This document shows, one piece after another, positions 39,046 through 48,771 of a stretch of 64,000 bases of DNA. The notes under the pieces were generated by a model, which saw only the letters and a list, made by a program, of their open reading frames with translations, made no database searches and was not told the DNA's origin. Numbering within the stretch: the first letter of the stretch is position 1; every line of letters begins with the position of its first letter. Source of the DNA: an uncultured archaeon (GTDB taxonomy: Archaea; Asgardarchaeota; Lokiarchaeia; Sigyniarchaeales; SOKP01); NCBI GenBank assembly GCA_964486045.1, contig CAZALK010000004.1, positions 160,001-224,000 on the forward strand. The letters are read 5' to 3'. The position numbers were made by a program, and so were the translations under genes.

Positions 39046-39758
39046 ATAATTTTAAAAAAGTTTTATTGCTTATCGGTAGCCCCCGGGGTATAAGAAGCAA
39101 TTCTACATCCGTAGGTAATTATTTGGTTGACACGCTGAAGAAAAACGGAACCATTGATGAAACAGAAACCATCGTACTTACCAGAACGATACGATCTGAT
39201 GTAAAAATGGAAGAAATGATAGCTTCAATAAAAAAATCAGATTTAATAATACTCGCTTCACCTATTTATGACGACACAGTTTCTTACGTAACTTTAAAAG
39301 CGCTTGAATATATCGCGGAACACCAAAAGAAACCTGGAAACGAAAATAAATTTAATGAAAAACTCTTATTTCCCATCGCAAATTCGGGATTTCTCGAACC
39401 GGAGCAAATGGAAATGCTTATTGCGCTATTCCATTTCTTTGCAACTAAGACAGGGTTTAAATGGGCAGGTAGTTTATCGGTAGGATCGGGACAAGGTTTG
39501 GGGGGGGATAAAGGTAAGACTCTTGAAGAAGGGGGAAAGATGGTTAAATCCGTAATGGAGGCACTGGAAAAAGTAGCAGACTCATTAGCAGAAGGAGAAT
39601 TCTCGGATGAAACCGTGGGATTGTTCCCGGATCTGTTCTTCAAGTGGTATTTCCGCCCGATGACGAAACTTTTTGTTTGGATTGGAAATAAATCCTGGAA
39701 GAAAGAAGCGAAATCGAATGGTGGAAATGTCAAAGCGAAACCTTATGCAAAAGGATAA
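39042..39758 (+). CDS. NAD(P)H-dependent FMN reductase-like flavoprotein
   Basis: GSPRG..SNS, ASPIYDD, NSGFLE; ATGA overlap with the upstream gene. Confidence 0.8.
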   Translation: MNNFKKVLLLIGSPRGIRSNSTSVGNYLVDTLKKNGTIDETETIVLTRTIRSDVKMEEMIASIKKSDLIILASPIYDDTVSYVTLKALEYIAEHQKKPGNENKFNEKLLFPIANSGFLEPEQMEMLIALFHFFATKTGFKWAGSLSVGSGQGLGGDKGKTLEEGGKMVKSVMEALEKVADSLAEGEFSDETVGLFPDLFFKWYFRPMTKLFVWIGNKSWKKEAKSNGGNVKAKPYAKG

Positions 39759-39761
39759 TTT

Positions 39762-40673
39762 TCAGATTGGTTCTTTCCTTTGAGTAAAGATTTCAGTAAT
39801 GAGTGATTCGAGGGAGGGGATATCCTTTAATTCAACAACCCGGCTTGTTTTATAAAACTTCTCTAGAGTTTGAGATATTGAAGATTTGTTTTGTATCTCT
39901 TGTGCAAATTTAGCTAATTTTTTCGCAGCTAGAGAGGTTCGGCCTTTGAATAAATAACAGATTGAGAAGTTTGCTACAGATTCCATTAGTACTGTATATT
40001 GACCGAATTTGGCTCGATCGAATTCTTCAGAAAAGAACTCATCACTGAAGGAATTAAATGCAGATAAAAAACTTCCAAATAGAACATCATCACGTTTCCA
40101 TTCATCAACAAAAGGATAAGAGAATAAAAGAACACCACCAGCTGTTATAATGAGAAGTACTACTGGTTCTTCATCAACTAACTCCTCGGTAGTAGAGCTA
40201 GGTTTTTCAGTGAAAAAGAATAATGAGTCCTCAACTTTAGCCTGCTTTTTAGGTAATAATTTTTTAGGTTTAGCGGATTCTTCTTTTAATCCTAAGTAAA
40301 AAAACAAAAAACAAAAATTAATCCCAATTCTTATGATATATAATCCGAATCCAGGAGCTAAAAATAGATCAAAAAACGTAAAGAAAACAAAGATAAAGAA
40401 GCCAATTGACAAATACAAATTTTTTCTTCTTATAATGCCTTTTGATTGAAGACTTTTACGAAAAAAGCCAATTCCGTTAAAGAGAACAGAAAAATCGAAA
40501 ATTACTATAAGAATAAATGCGGGATATAAAATTTTAAAACTAGAATCAATTAAACTCCATCCTGGGTTCTCGGGAAGATGAAATATAAAGGAATTCTCAT
40601 TATCAAAAAATACAAAAATTATTCCCAAAATAATGTAAATTGAGACTATATACCATTTCTTCTTGGTAAACAA
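39762..40673 (-). CDS. Membrane protein with C-terminal longin-like domain (probably 5'-truncated)
   Basis: Four TM helices then VLLIITAGGVLLFSYPF..LFGSFLSAFNSF..; TTG start preceded by an in-frame stop close to the upstream gene end. Confidence 0.6.
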   Translation of the reverse strand: MFTKKKWYIVSIYIILGIIFVFFDNENSFIFHLPENPGWSLIDSSFKILYPAFILIVIFDFSVLFNGIGFFRKSLQSKGIIRRKNLYLSIGFFIFVFFTFFDLFLAPGFGLYIIRIGINFCFLFFYLGLKEESAKPKKLLPKKQAKVEDSLFFFTEKPSSTTEELVDEEPVVLLIITAGGVLLFSYPFVDEWKRDDVLFGSFLSAFNSFSDEFFSEEFDRAKFGQYTVLMESVANFSICYLFKGRTSLAAKKLAKFAQEIQNKSSISQTLEKFYKTSRVVELKDIPSLESLITEIFTQRKEPI

Positions 40674-40695
40674 AATCTCAACAACTTCTCAAGGA

Positions 40696-41661
40696 TCATT
40701 CTGGGAACAAATGCAAACCCTGCTTGTATATTTTTTCCTCATACCAGGTAATCTGTTTTCTAAGTATCTCTTCCAAGCTAGTTCTAGGTTTATAGTTCAA
40801 GATACTCCTGGCTTTATCAATGTTAGCCTTGGTACGTAGTTGATCTCCAAGACGTTTTGGCATCGATTTAAACTGGGCTTTTCTACCCATTATTTTCTCA
40901 ACAAGGGCAATCCCCTCACTTGTTTTGATCTCTTTATCAGAACCTATATTGAAGATCTCTCCAATGGCTTTTTCAGGTTGTTTGAGTATAGCTATAAATC
41001 CTTCCACAATATCCGTAACAGCAGTATAGCTGCGTGAATGATCCAGACTACCTTCGAACAACGGAAAAGATTCATCTAATAGAATTGAACGAATTAGCTT
41101 TGTAAAAAGCTTTTCTGGTCTTTCACGAGGACCGATAACTGAAAAAATTCGCAAAGAACAAGTCGGTAATTTTAACTCTCGGTGATAAGCTAATACTAAC
41201 TGCTCAGCGGCTAGTTTAGTAACACCATAATATGAGGTAGGTTTAGGTGCCATATCTTCATTATCGTATGCAAATCGACCATAAATCGAGGAAGTAGCGA
41301 TATTGACTATACACTGCAGATTTGGTAGAGATTTCGCGGCTTCCAATAAATTATGGGTTGCGTGTATATTATTGCGGATATATAGCTCATATGGGGTTGT
41401 AGGGGAAATTCCAGGTTGTGCTGCTGCATGATATATGAATTCAACACCTTCTATGATGTCAACTAAGTTATCGGTGGCTAAATCTGCTTCAAAAATCCTC
41501 ACCCCTTTATCAGAGATGTCTTTAGCATTAAGTCGCTTTAATTCAGGAGCATAATAAGTATTGAAGTTATCAATCCCAATAACTTCATGCCCCATTTCAG
41601 CTAGGGTTTCAGATAAATGAGAACCTATAAATCCAGCCGCACCTGTGACTAAAATTTTCAT
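40696..41661 (-). CDS. NAD-dependent nucleotide-sugar epimerase/dehydratase
   Basis: TGAAGFIG, HAAAQPG, YGVTK. Confidence 0.92.
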   Translation of the reverse strand: MKILVTGAAGFIGSHLSETLAEMGHEVIGIDNFNTYYAPELKRLNAKDISDKGVRIFEADLATDNLVDIIEGVEFIYHAAAQPGISPTTPYELYIRNNIHATHNLLEAAKSLPNLQCIVNIATSSIYGRFAYDNEDMAPKPTSYYGVTKLAAEQLVLAYHRELKLPTCSLRIFSVIGPRERPEKLFTKLIRSILLDESFPLFEGSLDHSRSYTAVTDIVEGFIAILKQPEKAIGEIFNIGSDKEIKTSEGIALVEKIMGRKAQFKSMPKRLGDQLRTKANIDKARSILNYKPRTSLEEILRKQITWYEEKIYKQGLHLFPE

Positions 41662-41927
41662 GGTTGTGTTCTCTTTTGATTGATGTTTCTTTAATTGTTG
41701 TATTTATAGAGTTTCAGAAAGAAAATAAATACATGTATATTCAAAATGATGAAATTAACAATAGTAATATTAACGCCTATTTAAGAAAATTAGATAAAGC
41801 AAAAATAATAGAATTAAAATAGGAAGATTGAAATTATATAATAGTAAATTCAAAACCTAACTTCATCTTGATTGAAAAACATTGTGTTTGTAAGATGTTC
41901 TATTCCTTGAATATAGTTATAAAATAA

Positions 41928-42473
41928 TTATCCGACTTCTATAAATTTTTCTTTTAAAGCTCCACAAACTGGGCATTTAGTTGGAGTAGTTCCCTCCGAA
42001 GGATAACCACAGAGTGGACAAAGAAAAATCTCCCCATTAGGCAAATCTTTTCCATTTTTAAAAGAATTCAATGCATTTTCAAACACCTTATGATGGATTT
42101 TTTCAACCTCACTTGTCATATGAAATGTTCGTTCAGCATCTTTGTTTCCTTCTACCTTTCCATCTTCAATAAATCCAGGATAAATCTTTGTGAAAGCCAT
42201 GTATTCTCCCATAACTACTGCGTTTAAATTCTCTTCTAGTGATTTTAACTGAATTTTACCGACTTTTAAATCCTTTTTTAATATTTTCCCACCACCCATG
42301 GCACGTAACATATTGTGCGCATGGATTGATTCTCCTATAGCTCCTGCTCGAAATAGTTTCGCAATTTGAGGAAATCCTTCCCCTTCTGCGCCTTCAGCAA
42401 AAGCTAATAATATCCTATAACCGTAGTTTTCTCCAGAAAACGACCCTACAAGATTTTTTTCTGATTTAGTCAT
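41928..42473 (-). CDS. rbr: Rubrerythrin
   Basis: GE..., ESIHA and EKIHH diiron ligands; CPLCGY..CPVCG rubredoxin domain. Confidence 0.88.
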   Translation of the reverse strand: MTKSEKNLVGSFSGENYGYRILLAFAEGAEGEGFPQIAKLFRAGAIGESIHAHNMLRAMGGGKILKKDLKVGKIQLKSLEENLNAVVMGEYMAFTKIYPGFIEDGKVEGNKDAERTFHMTSEVEKIHHKVFENALNSFKNGKDLPNGEIFLCPLCGYPSEGTTPTKCPVCGALKEKFIEVG

Positions 42474-42769
42474 TTAATCACCATTATATCAATAATTTTT
42501 TATAAATAAACCATATTCTCAATAATTAAACTTTTTCCCTATTATTTTATAAATGCTTTCTTAGAAATAAAATTCTAATAGCAAGATTCATAGATTAGAT
42601 AATAAAATTGTAGGATTGGAATATAAATAAAAAAATCAAAACCTAGCATTTTAGAATTTAATATTTTTTGAAAAATTCCTGCTGTTTCGAGTGAGAAGTC
42701 AAGAAAGATCTTTTATTAGATCACGACCCTATTTAATATAATAATATAAAAAAATATAGAGGAATAGAT

Positions 42770-43087
42770 ATGGCAAAAATAAAAATATCAGTAATTAAAA
42801 CTTTCCACCCAGAAGAAGTTTTTGGCCATGAAATGAAGTACCCCAATGGTAAAGTAGTAACTTCGTGTGATCATAAAGGATTGAGTGAAGGAAAGGAATG
42901 GGTTGTAGAAAATTTGGAAAAACCAGAGAATTTTTGTGAATGGGCGTGGCACGATTTGTATAAAGACTTATGTATACTTTCATTTGGGGGAGATCATTTC
43001 TGGTCAGAACCAGGTGTCACATATACAGCCTGTTCTGATGGAATGAGACCGGTATGTTATAAACTTGAAAGGTTTGAATCGACTTAA
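42770..43087 (+). CDS. Small Cys-containing protein (TIGR04076-like family)
   Basis: PENFCEWAWHD and CSDGMRPVCYKLER motifs. Confidence 0.75.
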   Translation: MAKIKISVIKTFHPEEVFGHEMKYPNGKVVTSCDHKGLSEGKEWVVENLEKPENFCEWAWHDLYKDLCILSFGGDHFWSEPGVTYTACSDGMRPVCYKLERFEST

Positions 43088-43452
43088 CTTTAGATCTTAG
43101 CTGTGTTAGAACATTCCTCAAACCGTTCCAACGATGTAAATCTTTTATAATACTTAAGCTAAAAATCTTTATTTTTTCTAATTCATCAATATTATTTTTT
43201 CGATGATAAATTCCAAATCTCGTCTGTATTGTTCTCTTCGTATTATTCTGAGAATAATGTAATATTTTTTTAAGTTCAAATAGACATATTCCGCTAGAAA
43301 ACCTATTGATTAAATTTAATAAGCTTAAATAGTAAGAATTACTTTTTCATTATTTTTAAATTAATATTACCTAATTTATCGTATTTCTACATCCCAAATT
43401 CGAAATTGAGAATCCAAATATAAAAATTTCCTTTAATTCAAGTAATATAGAA

Positions 43453-43875
43453 TTAAGAGATAGGGTCAATCACTTCAATGTTAGGTACTTGTTTAAAACT
43501 TTTATCGTGTGTACATATCTTTTGAACTGATAACTTCTTCATTGAGGCTAATATTGTTGCATCTCTAGCTCCTATCCCTGTATGTGTAAAATCTGATAGT
43601 TCATTAAATACAAGATCTAAGTCTTGAAATGTTAAATCGTCGTATAAGAAATTCATAGAAGAAAAAAGATCCCATTTAGGTTTAGCAAGATTAGTTCCTA
43701 ATCTTTTTACAAGGTAATGCATAACTTCGATCATTACAGGGATATTAATAGCAAATTGACATTGATCATAGATTTTTTCAAAATGATTTTTAACATCAGT
43801 GTGTTCTACTGTAGTTTCGTCGAAAAGATATATCCAATAATTTGAATCAATGAAAATTATTATTGCATTTTCCAT
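43453..43875 (-). CDS. VapC/PIN toxin
   Basis: FIDSNYW, E, RDATILA, THDKSF. Confidence 0.88.
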   Translation of the reverse strand: MENAIIIFIDSNYWIYLFDETTVEHTDVKNHFEKIYDQCQFAINIPVMIEVMHYLVKRLGTNLAKPKWDLFSSMNFLYDDLTFQDLDLVFNELSDFTHTGIGARDATILASMKKLSVQKICTHDKSFKQVPNIEVIDPIS

Positions 43876-44099
43876 ATTTCTTTAATCGACTCCGGGGTAG
43901 GTTTTTTTTCAGAAGGGATCTTAATACAACCTACTAGTTTCTCAAATATTTCTTCTTTTGAAGGTTTTTTCTGAAGAGTTATAGTATTATCCGGATTCGT
44001 TTTAATAGTTAGTTTATCTCCTGGTTTTATGTTTAAGGAATCTCTTAATTTTGCGGGTAATGTTAATCGACCTCTATCATCAATTTCAATCTTTCCCAT
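43860..44099 (-). CDS. AbrB/MazE-family antitoxin
   Basis: IDDRGRLTLPAKLRDSLNIKPGD; overlaps the PIN gene. Confidence 0.9.
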   Translation of the reverse strand: MGKIEIDDRGRLTLPAKLRDSLNIKPGDKLTIKTNPDNTITLQKKPSKEEIFEKLVGCIKIPSEKKPTPESIKEIWKMQ

Positions 44100-44152
44100 T
44101 TAATTTCCCATTCCCATAATTTTACCCATTAAATGAAATATGAATTTTCTCT

Positions 44153-44444
44153 TTATATATTTACTGGATTTCTACTTGTAAAAATTTCTGTTATAAAACC
44201 TTCAAGGAAGGGAAAGTTCTTTAATTCAATAACTTGACTTGTCTCATAAAATTTATCAAGTGTCTGCATAATTATAGGAATCATTTCTGGTATTATTGCT
44301 TCTTTAGTTCCAATTAAATTTTCAATTGAGTCACTTAACGATGCAAGATTCAATGTAGGTGATTTTATCAAGTGCCTCTGACAATTTACCGTCATACATG
44401 AGTTCTTCTGCTTTTACCACTTCTTCGGACCTTGGATCAGACAT
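44153..44444 (-). pseudogene. Internally deleted gene retaining a helical N-terminus and a longin-like C-terminal end
   Basis: ATG at 44444 gives MSDPRSEEVVKAEELMYDGKLSEALDKI; nearby QTLDKFYETSQVIELKNFPFLEGFITEIFTS matches the 36932 relic. Confidence 0.6.
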
Positions 44445-44644
44445 ACTTCTTCTAAAGAATATACTTGGATTAAAAAAGAGAAAGAAAAGTTTCCTTAAAA
44501 GCCTTTTGAACTGTGTGATATCAACCGTTAAATTTGACTCAATAAACAGAATTTTTTCTGTTAAAACTAAACCAAATCTAGAGAAGTAACTTTTATTAGG
44601 TTATGAGGTCTATCTTTTAATTATTACAATTTTTAAAAAGTAGG

Positions 44645-46192
44645 GTGTTAAAAATTAGCAAAGTTAAAAATGCGTATAAAGAAATAGAAGATATCCTTGG
44701 ATCAGACTACATATCAGATAAAGATTTCATGAAGGCGGCTTATTCTCGGAATGTTGATCCTGCGTTCCCAGATCGATGGGCTGATATAATTGTAAGGCCT
44801 GAAACCACAGAAGAAGTATCTGAAATTGTTAAAATTGCCAATAAATACAAAATTAGAATTATCCCTCGTGGTGGGGGCGCTGACCTTGTCGGGGGGAGTG
44901 TAACTGAGAAAGGGATTCTTCTCGACATCACACGAATGAATCAAATACACGAAATTAATGTGGACGATTATTACTGTATTGTGGGATGCGGTATTACTTG
45001 GGGTGCGATGCTTTCAGAATTACAGAAAAAAGGAATGACTACCGGAATTCTTGGGCCAGGCTCTGGATATTCTGCCACTATTGGAGGAGGTCTTTCAAAC
45101 GCAACCGTAGGATTTTGCTCTACTAAATACGGAGTTGTACCAGATATTTGTCTTGGGCTTGAAGTCGTACTTCCGAATCCTGAAGGGACGATTATAAAGA
45201 CTGGATCATGGGCAAACAAATATGCGAAGCCTTTTTGTAGGTATGGAGTGTCACCAGATTTCTCAGGTTTATTTTTAGGAGATGTTGGGACCCTTGGAGT
45301 AAAAGTGAAAGCTTCTCTACGATTATTTCCTGATCCTCCATATAAAGCGCGAAGATATTTTATGCTTGCAAAAGATGATTACAATCAAGTATTCAAGATA
45401 GCTCACAAAATGCGCAGGGAAGTCGGGGATGGATTAAACGATTTAATGGTGTGGCCATCCATATTATTTCAAATGCTTTCCGCCCAAGTCACAAATAAAC
45501 CAAGTACTAGGCCAAAAATAACCGGTCCAGCATTTGGGGTGACATTAGAAGCAACCGATCAACGAATTTTAGACGTTTATCTAGAAAAAACTAATGAGAT
45601 TATGATGAAAGACAATGTGTGTCGACCATTTGAATGGCAAGAGATTGATTTAGACATGGTATTGTCGAGAGACTGGAAGTTCACACTAAAGGAAGAGTTC
45701 AATTTCTTTCAAAAATACATATCAGCAGCTCCACCAAAAATCTCGTGTACAACTTGCCACAAGGTTGCAATATCCAGACTTGATGAAAGCGTTCAAAAAG
45801 GCGTGCAATTCAATATTACTAATCAAAAAGAGTTTCCACCAAAGAATCCACCATATCCCGTTTTTGCTTCCTTCTTGATGTTTTTACCTAATGGAAATGT
45901 TGTTATAGTTGGGGGACTCGGCGGTGATAATACTGATGAACATCGTGAAACTACTATGAACATTTGGCATAAAAAGATACGACACCAAGCACGGTATGGG
46001 GCTGCTCATTATTGGTTAGGTGAATCAATCAGTCAGTCAATTGTCGAAGCTGGTGCTTTCACTCCTGAATATATGCAATTTTTTAAGGATATGAAAAAAG
46101 CAGTCGACCCAAACTATCTCTTGAGCCCAAATAAATTCCACATGTATTCATACGACCATGATTACACCCAACATCTTGTAAAAGACGAGTAG
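44645..46192 (+). CDS. FAD-binding oxidoreductase, paralog B
   Basis: PRGGGADLVGG, ATIGG, HYWLGES, DPNYLLSPNK. Confidence 0.88.
   Translation: MLKISKVKNAYKEIEDILGSDYISDKDFMKAAYSRNVDPAFPDRWADIIVRPETTEEVSEIVKIANKYKIRIIPRGGGADLVGGSVTEKGILLDITRMNQIHEINVDDYYCIVGCGITWGAMLSELQKKGMTTGILGPGSGYSATIGGGLSNATVGFCSTKYGVVPDICLGLEVVLPNPEGTIIKTGSWANKYAKPFCRYGVSPDFSGLFLGDVGTLGVKVKASLRLFPDPPYKARRYFMLAKDDYNQVFKIAHKMRREVGDGLNDLMVWPSILFQMLSAQVTNKPSTRPKITGPAFGVTLEATDQRILDVYLEKTNEIMMKDNVCRPFEWQEIDLDMVLSRDWKFTLKEEFNFFQKYISAAPPKISCTTCHKVAISRLDESVQKGVQFNITNQKEFPPKNPPYPVFASFLMFLPNGNVVIVGGLGGDNTDEHRETTMNIWHKKIRHQARYGAAHYWLGESISQSIVEAGAFTPEYMQFFKDMKKAVDPNYLLSPNKFHMYSYDHDYTQHLVKDE
45140..45329. repeat. 190-bp perfect inverted repeat, right copy (partner 32655..32844)
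   Basis: Base-by-base reverse-complement identity. Confidence 0.95.
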
Positions 46193-46382
46193 AATCTGTA
46201 ATATTTGGTTTTAATAAAATTTTAATTCATTTTTTTTAATTTCATAATATTTTAATATTATATTCCTTCTTTGAGAAATAGACAGTTGAATTTGTATTTA
46301 CTAAAATTTTTTAATACTCGCACTATTAATTTTTAGGAGATTAGTACTCGTTTTTAAATTAATTAAATTAAAGTCTGGCACA

Positions 46383-47222
46383 ATGGATACTGAAAGAAAC
46401 GATTATTACGAAGCTTCAAAAGCACAAGAAAAAAGCCGTGAAGATTTAGAATCATATAAGGAAGCGTTAAAGAAGGAACTCGATAGTATTAAATCTTTAG
46501 TGAGTTCTGAAATCCCAGAAAATAATACGGCTAACAAAGCGAGTATAACCTCAAATAATTCAATTTCACCGGTTGAGTACGAGAAATTAAAGGAAGAAAA
46601 CAGAACACTAAGATTTGAAAATGAATCTTTGAATTCTACCAATTTAATGTTAGTAAATGATAATAAATTACTAAGAGAGAATCTTGAGAGATTAAATCTG
46701 CAAACCTCAAACACCGCCGAATTAGAAATTGAAATTACAATGTTAAAAGAAGTAATATTAAACTTAGAAAAAGAAAATTTAGAGCTTAGAGCGAAAAAAC
46801 CCGCAGTAATATCTAAAGAACAAGTTTCTCATGACCAAAATCTCCCTGTAGATGTTTCAAATGAGATTAAATCAATATTTGATAGCAATCAACCTCCAGA
46901 AACGAGCACTCCACCGGTTCATACAGGTTATACCGTACCTCCTTTAAAACCGAAAAAATTCAGGAGGAAAACAACCTCAAAACCTGAAGAGTTGAAGGTA
47001 GAAGGCCCAAAAACCACTTCTAGTGAAGATTCCTCTGCTTTTCAAGAGGTAGACTCTGAAAAAATTATTGCAGAAACAGTAAGAAGAAGGTGTCCAACCT
47101 GCTTAAACACAAATAAAAAATTTATTCGTGAATTTCCCGATAAATCTAATATAATTATGCAATATCCACGGATATATGGGAAAATGTACAAATGTGGTTT
47201 GTGTACAACAACTTGGAAGTAA
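46383..47222 (+). CDS. Coiled-coil protein with C-terminal zinc ribbon
   Basis: Heptad-rich N-terminal half, Pro/Ser/Thr linker, CPTC...CGLC. Confidence 0.7.
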   Translation: MDTERNDYYEASKAQEKSREDLESYKEALKKELDSIKSLVSSEIPENNTANKASITSNNSISPVEYEKLKEENRTLRFENESLNSTNLMLVNDNKLLRENLERLNLQTSNTAELEIEITMLKEVILNLEKENLELRAKKPAVISKEQVSHDQNLPVDVSNEIKSIFDSNQPPETSTPPVHTGYTVPPLKPKKFRRKTTSKPEELKVEGPKTTSSEDSSAFQEVDSEKIIAETVRRRCPTCLNTNKKFIREFPDKSNIIMQYPRIYGKMYKCGLCTTTWK

Positions 47223-47349
47223 GGAGTGGTTTCTGAACCTAATAAAATACTAATAGTTTTTTCTTTAGAAACAACTCTTCCTCCGTAATTTCTGCAATAA
47301 ACTGTACATATAGTTTCTTGATTTTGATTTTTCCTCATATTTACTAAAA

Positions 47350-47518
47350 TCTCATTCTTAAAAAAAAAATTAAATAACCATTGTTTATTTTATGAGTTAG
47401 AACCAAGTTCTCTAAATGTTAAGTGCGTAAAATGGAAGTATATCTCATATTAAAAATAAATAGTAATCCGAGCTAGAATTAAGAGCACAAAATTACTCAA
47501 ATTGCTTTAATGGCCGGA
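47350..47518 (+). pseudogene. Degenerate copy of the upstream region and 5' end of the 3-hydroxyacyl-CoA dehydrogenase gene
   Basis: aaccaagttctc..aaaatgga..tatatctcatattaaaaata..ctcaaattgctttaatggccgg aligns to about 48690..48860. Confidence 0.7.
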
Positions 47519-47544
47519 AATCATAATGATAAAATGAAGATTAT

Positions 47545-48651
47545 ATGAAAAACTTCGACATTATTGTTATTGGGGCAGGACCAGGAGGATCAATAGCAGC
47601 TAAGGTAGCTGCTGAGAATGGATATTCGACTTGCTTGATAGAAAAAGAAAAACTAAATGAAGAGGGTAGATATAAAGCCTGTGGAGGAGCAATAGCATGG
47701 GATTTGATTAAAGAAATCGGCTATCCTGAAGAAAAAATAAGCCGAATTATTGAGTCTTTAGAGTTACATCATCTTGATGGTAATATGTATTCCAAAGCAG
47801 GAAAGGGAGCTGTCATTTGGAGAAGCACATTTGATAATGTTCTAACTAATAATGCATCGAATTCAGGAGCGATACTAAAAGATCAAGAACCTGTGATTAA
47901 TATAAAACAAATAGAAAACGGTTATCAAATTATCACTGAAAAAGAGAAATATTCTACTAAATATGTGATTGCAGCTGATGGGGTAACATCTTCAGTTTTA
48001 AAACTGCTGAAATGGCCTTTTTTCAAAAAAGAAGATATAATTTTAACAATCACTCAAGAGATGAAGACATCGAGAGAATATATTAATAAAGTTCTTGGAA
48101 AAGACTCACTTCATCTATTCTTTAGTATTAAAAGTTTAATTCCTATGGGATATGCGTGGTTATTCCCTAAAAAAGAAACTATCACCGTAGGATGGGGGAA
48201 TCAGATTAATTTAATAAAAAACAGTAGAACAGAATTTACAAAATACCTTACACTACCATTTGTTAATCAAGCGCTAAAAAATTCAAAACTTGAAATTTTT
48301 AAACCCCACTTAATTCCAGTAGGATTAAGACCTATCATTTATAGCAATAAAGTTTTTGCAATTGGGGATGCGGGTGGATTTGTAGATCCTATAAGTGGAA
48401 AGGGGATACCCTATGCTATGTTATCTGGGAAGATAGCAATAGAATCAATTAAAACCTGCGAAAAGAAGGATATAATTAATAAATTAGGAAATATCTATAG
48501 AAAATCATTAGATAAAAGTTTTTTAAAAATTTTAAAACTTAAAAGAATCGCTCGAGATGAAATTTATAGAAGCGACGAAACTTTGAAAAAATTTCTATCA
48601 TTGTGGGAAAAACATCGCAGTTCAGAAATAGTTTTGAGAAAATTGATGTAG
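47545..48651 (+). CDS. Geranylgeranyl reductase-family FAD oxidoreductase
   Basis: GAGPGG, KACGG, R..FD, AADG, GYAWLFP, GDAGGFVDPISGKGI. Confidence 0.88.
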   Translation: MKNFDIIVIGAGPGGSIAAKVAAENGYSTCLIEKEKLNEEGRYKACGGAIAWDLIKEIGYPEEKISRIIESLELHHLDGNMYSKAGKGAVIWRSTFDNVLTNNASNSGAILKDQEPVINIKQIENGYQIITEKEKYSTKYVIAADGVTSSVLKLLKWPFFKKEDIILTITQEMKTSREYINKVLGKDSLHLFFSIKSLIPMGYAWLFPKKETITVGWGNQINLIKNSRTEFTKYLTLPFVNQALKNSKLEIFKPHLIPVGLRPIIYSNKVFAIGDAGGFVDPISGKGIPYAMLSGKIAIESIKTCEKKDIINKLGNIYRKSLDKSFLKILKLKRIARDEIYRSDETLKKFLSLWEKHRSSEIVLRKLM

Positions 48652-48771
48652 ATTACCTTGTTGTTTTACAGTCCGAATCTTATTATAATCCTTACAAAAA
48701 TTAAAAAAATTAAATAGCTAATCGTTATTTTAAGAGATAAAACCAAGTTCTATAAATATTAGGTGTAAAAA

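Noticed and set aside
47042-47338. 98-aa minus-strand ORF with Cys residues
   Set aside because: Overlaps the zinc-ribbon gene in antisense and has no recognisable motif
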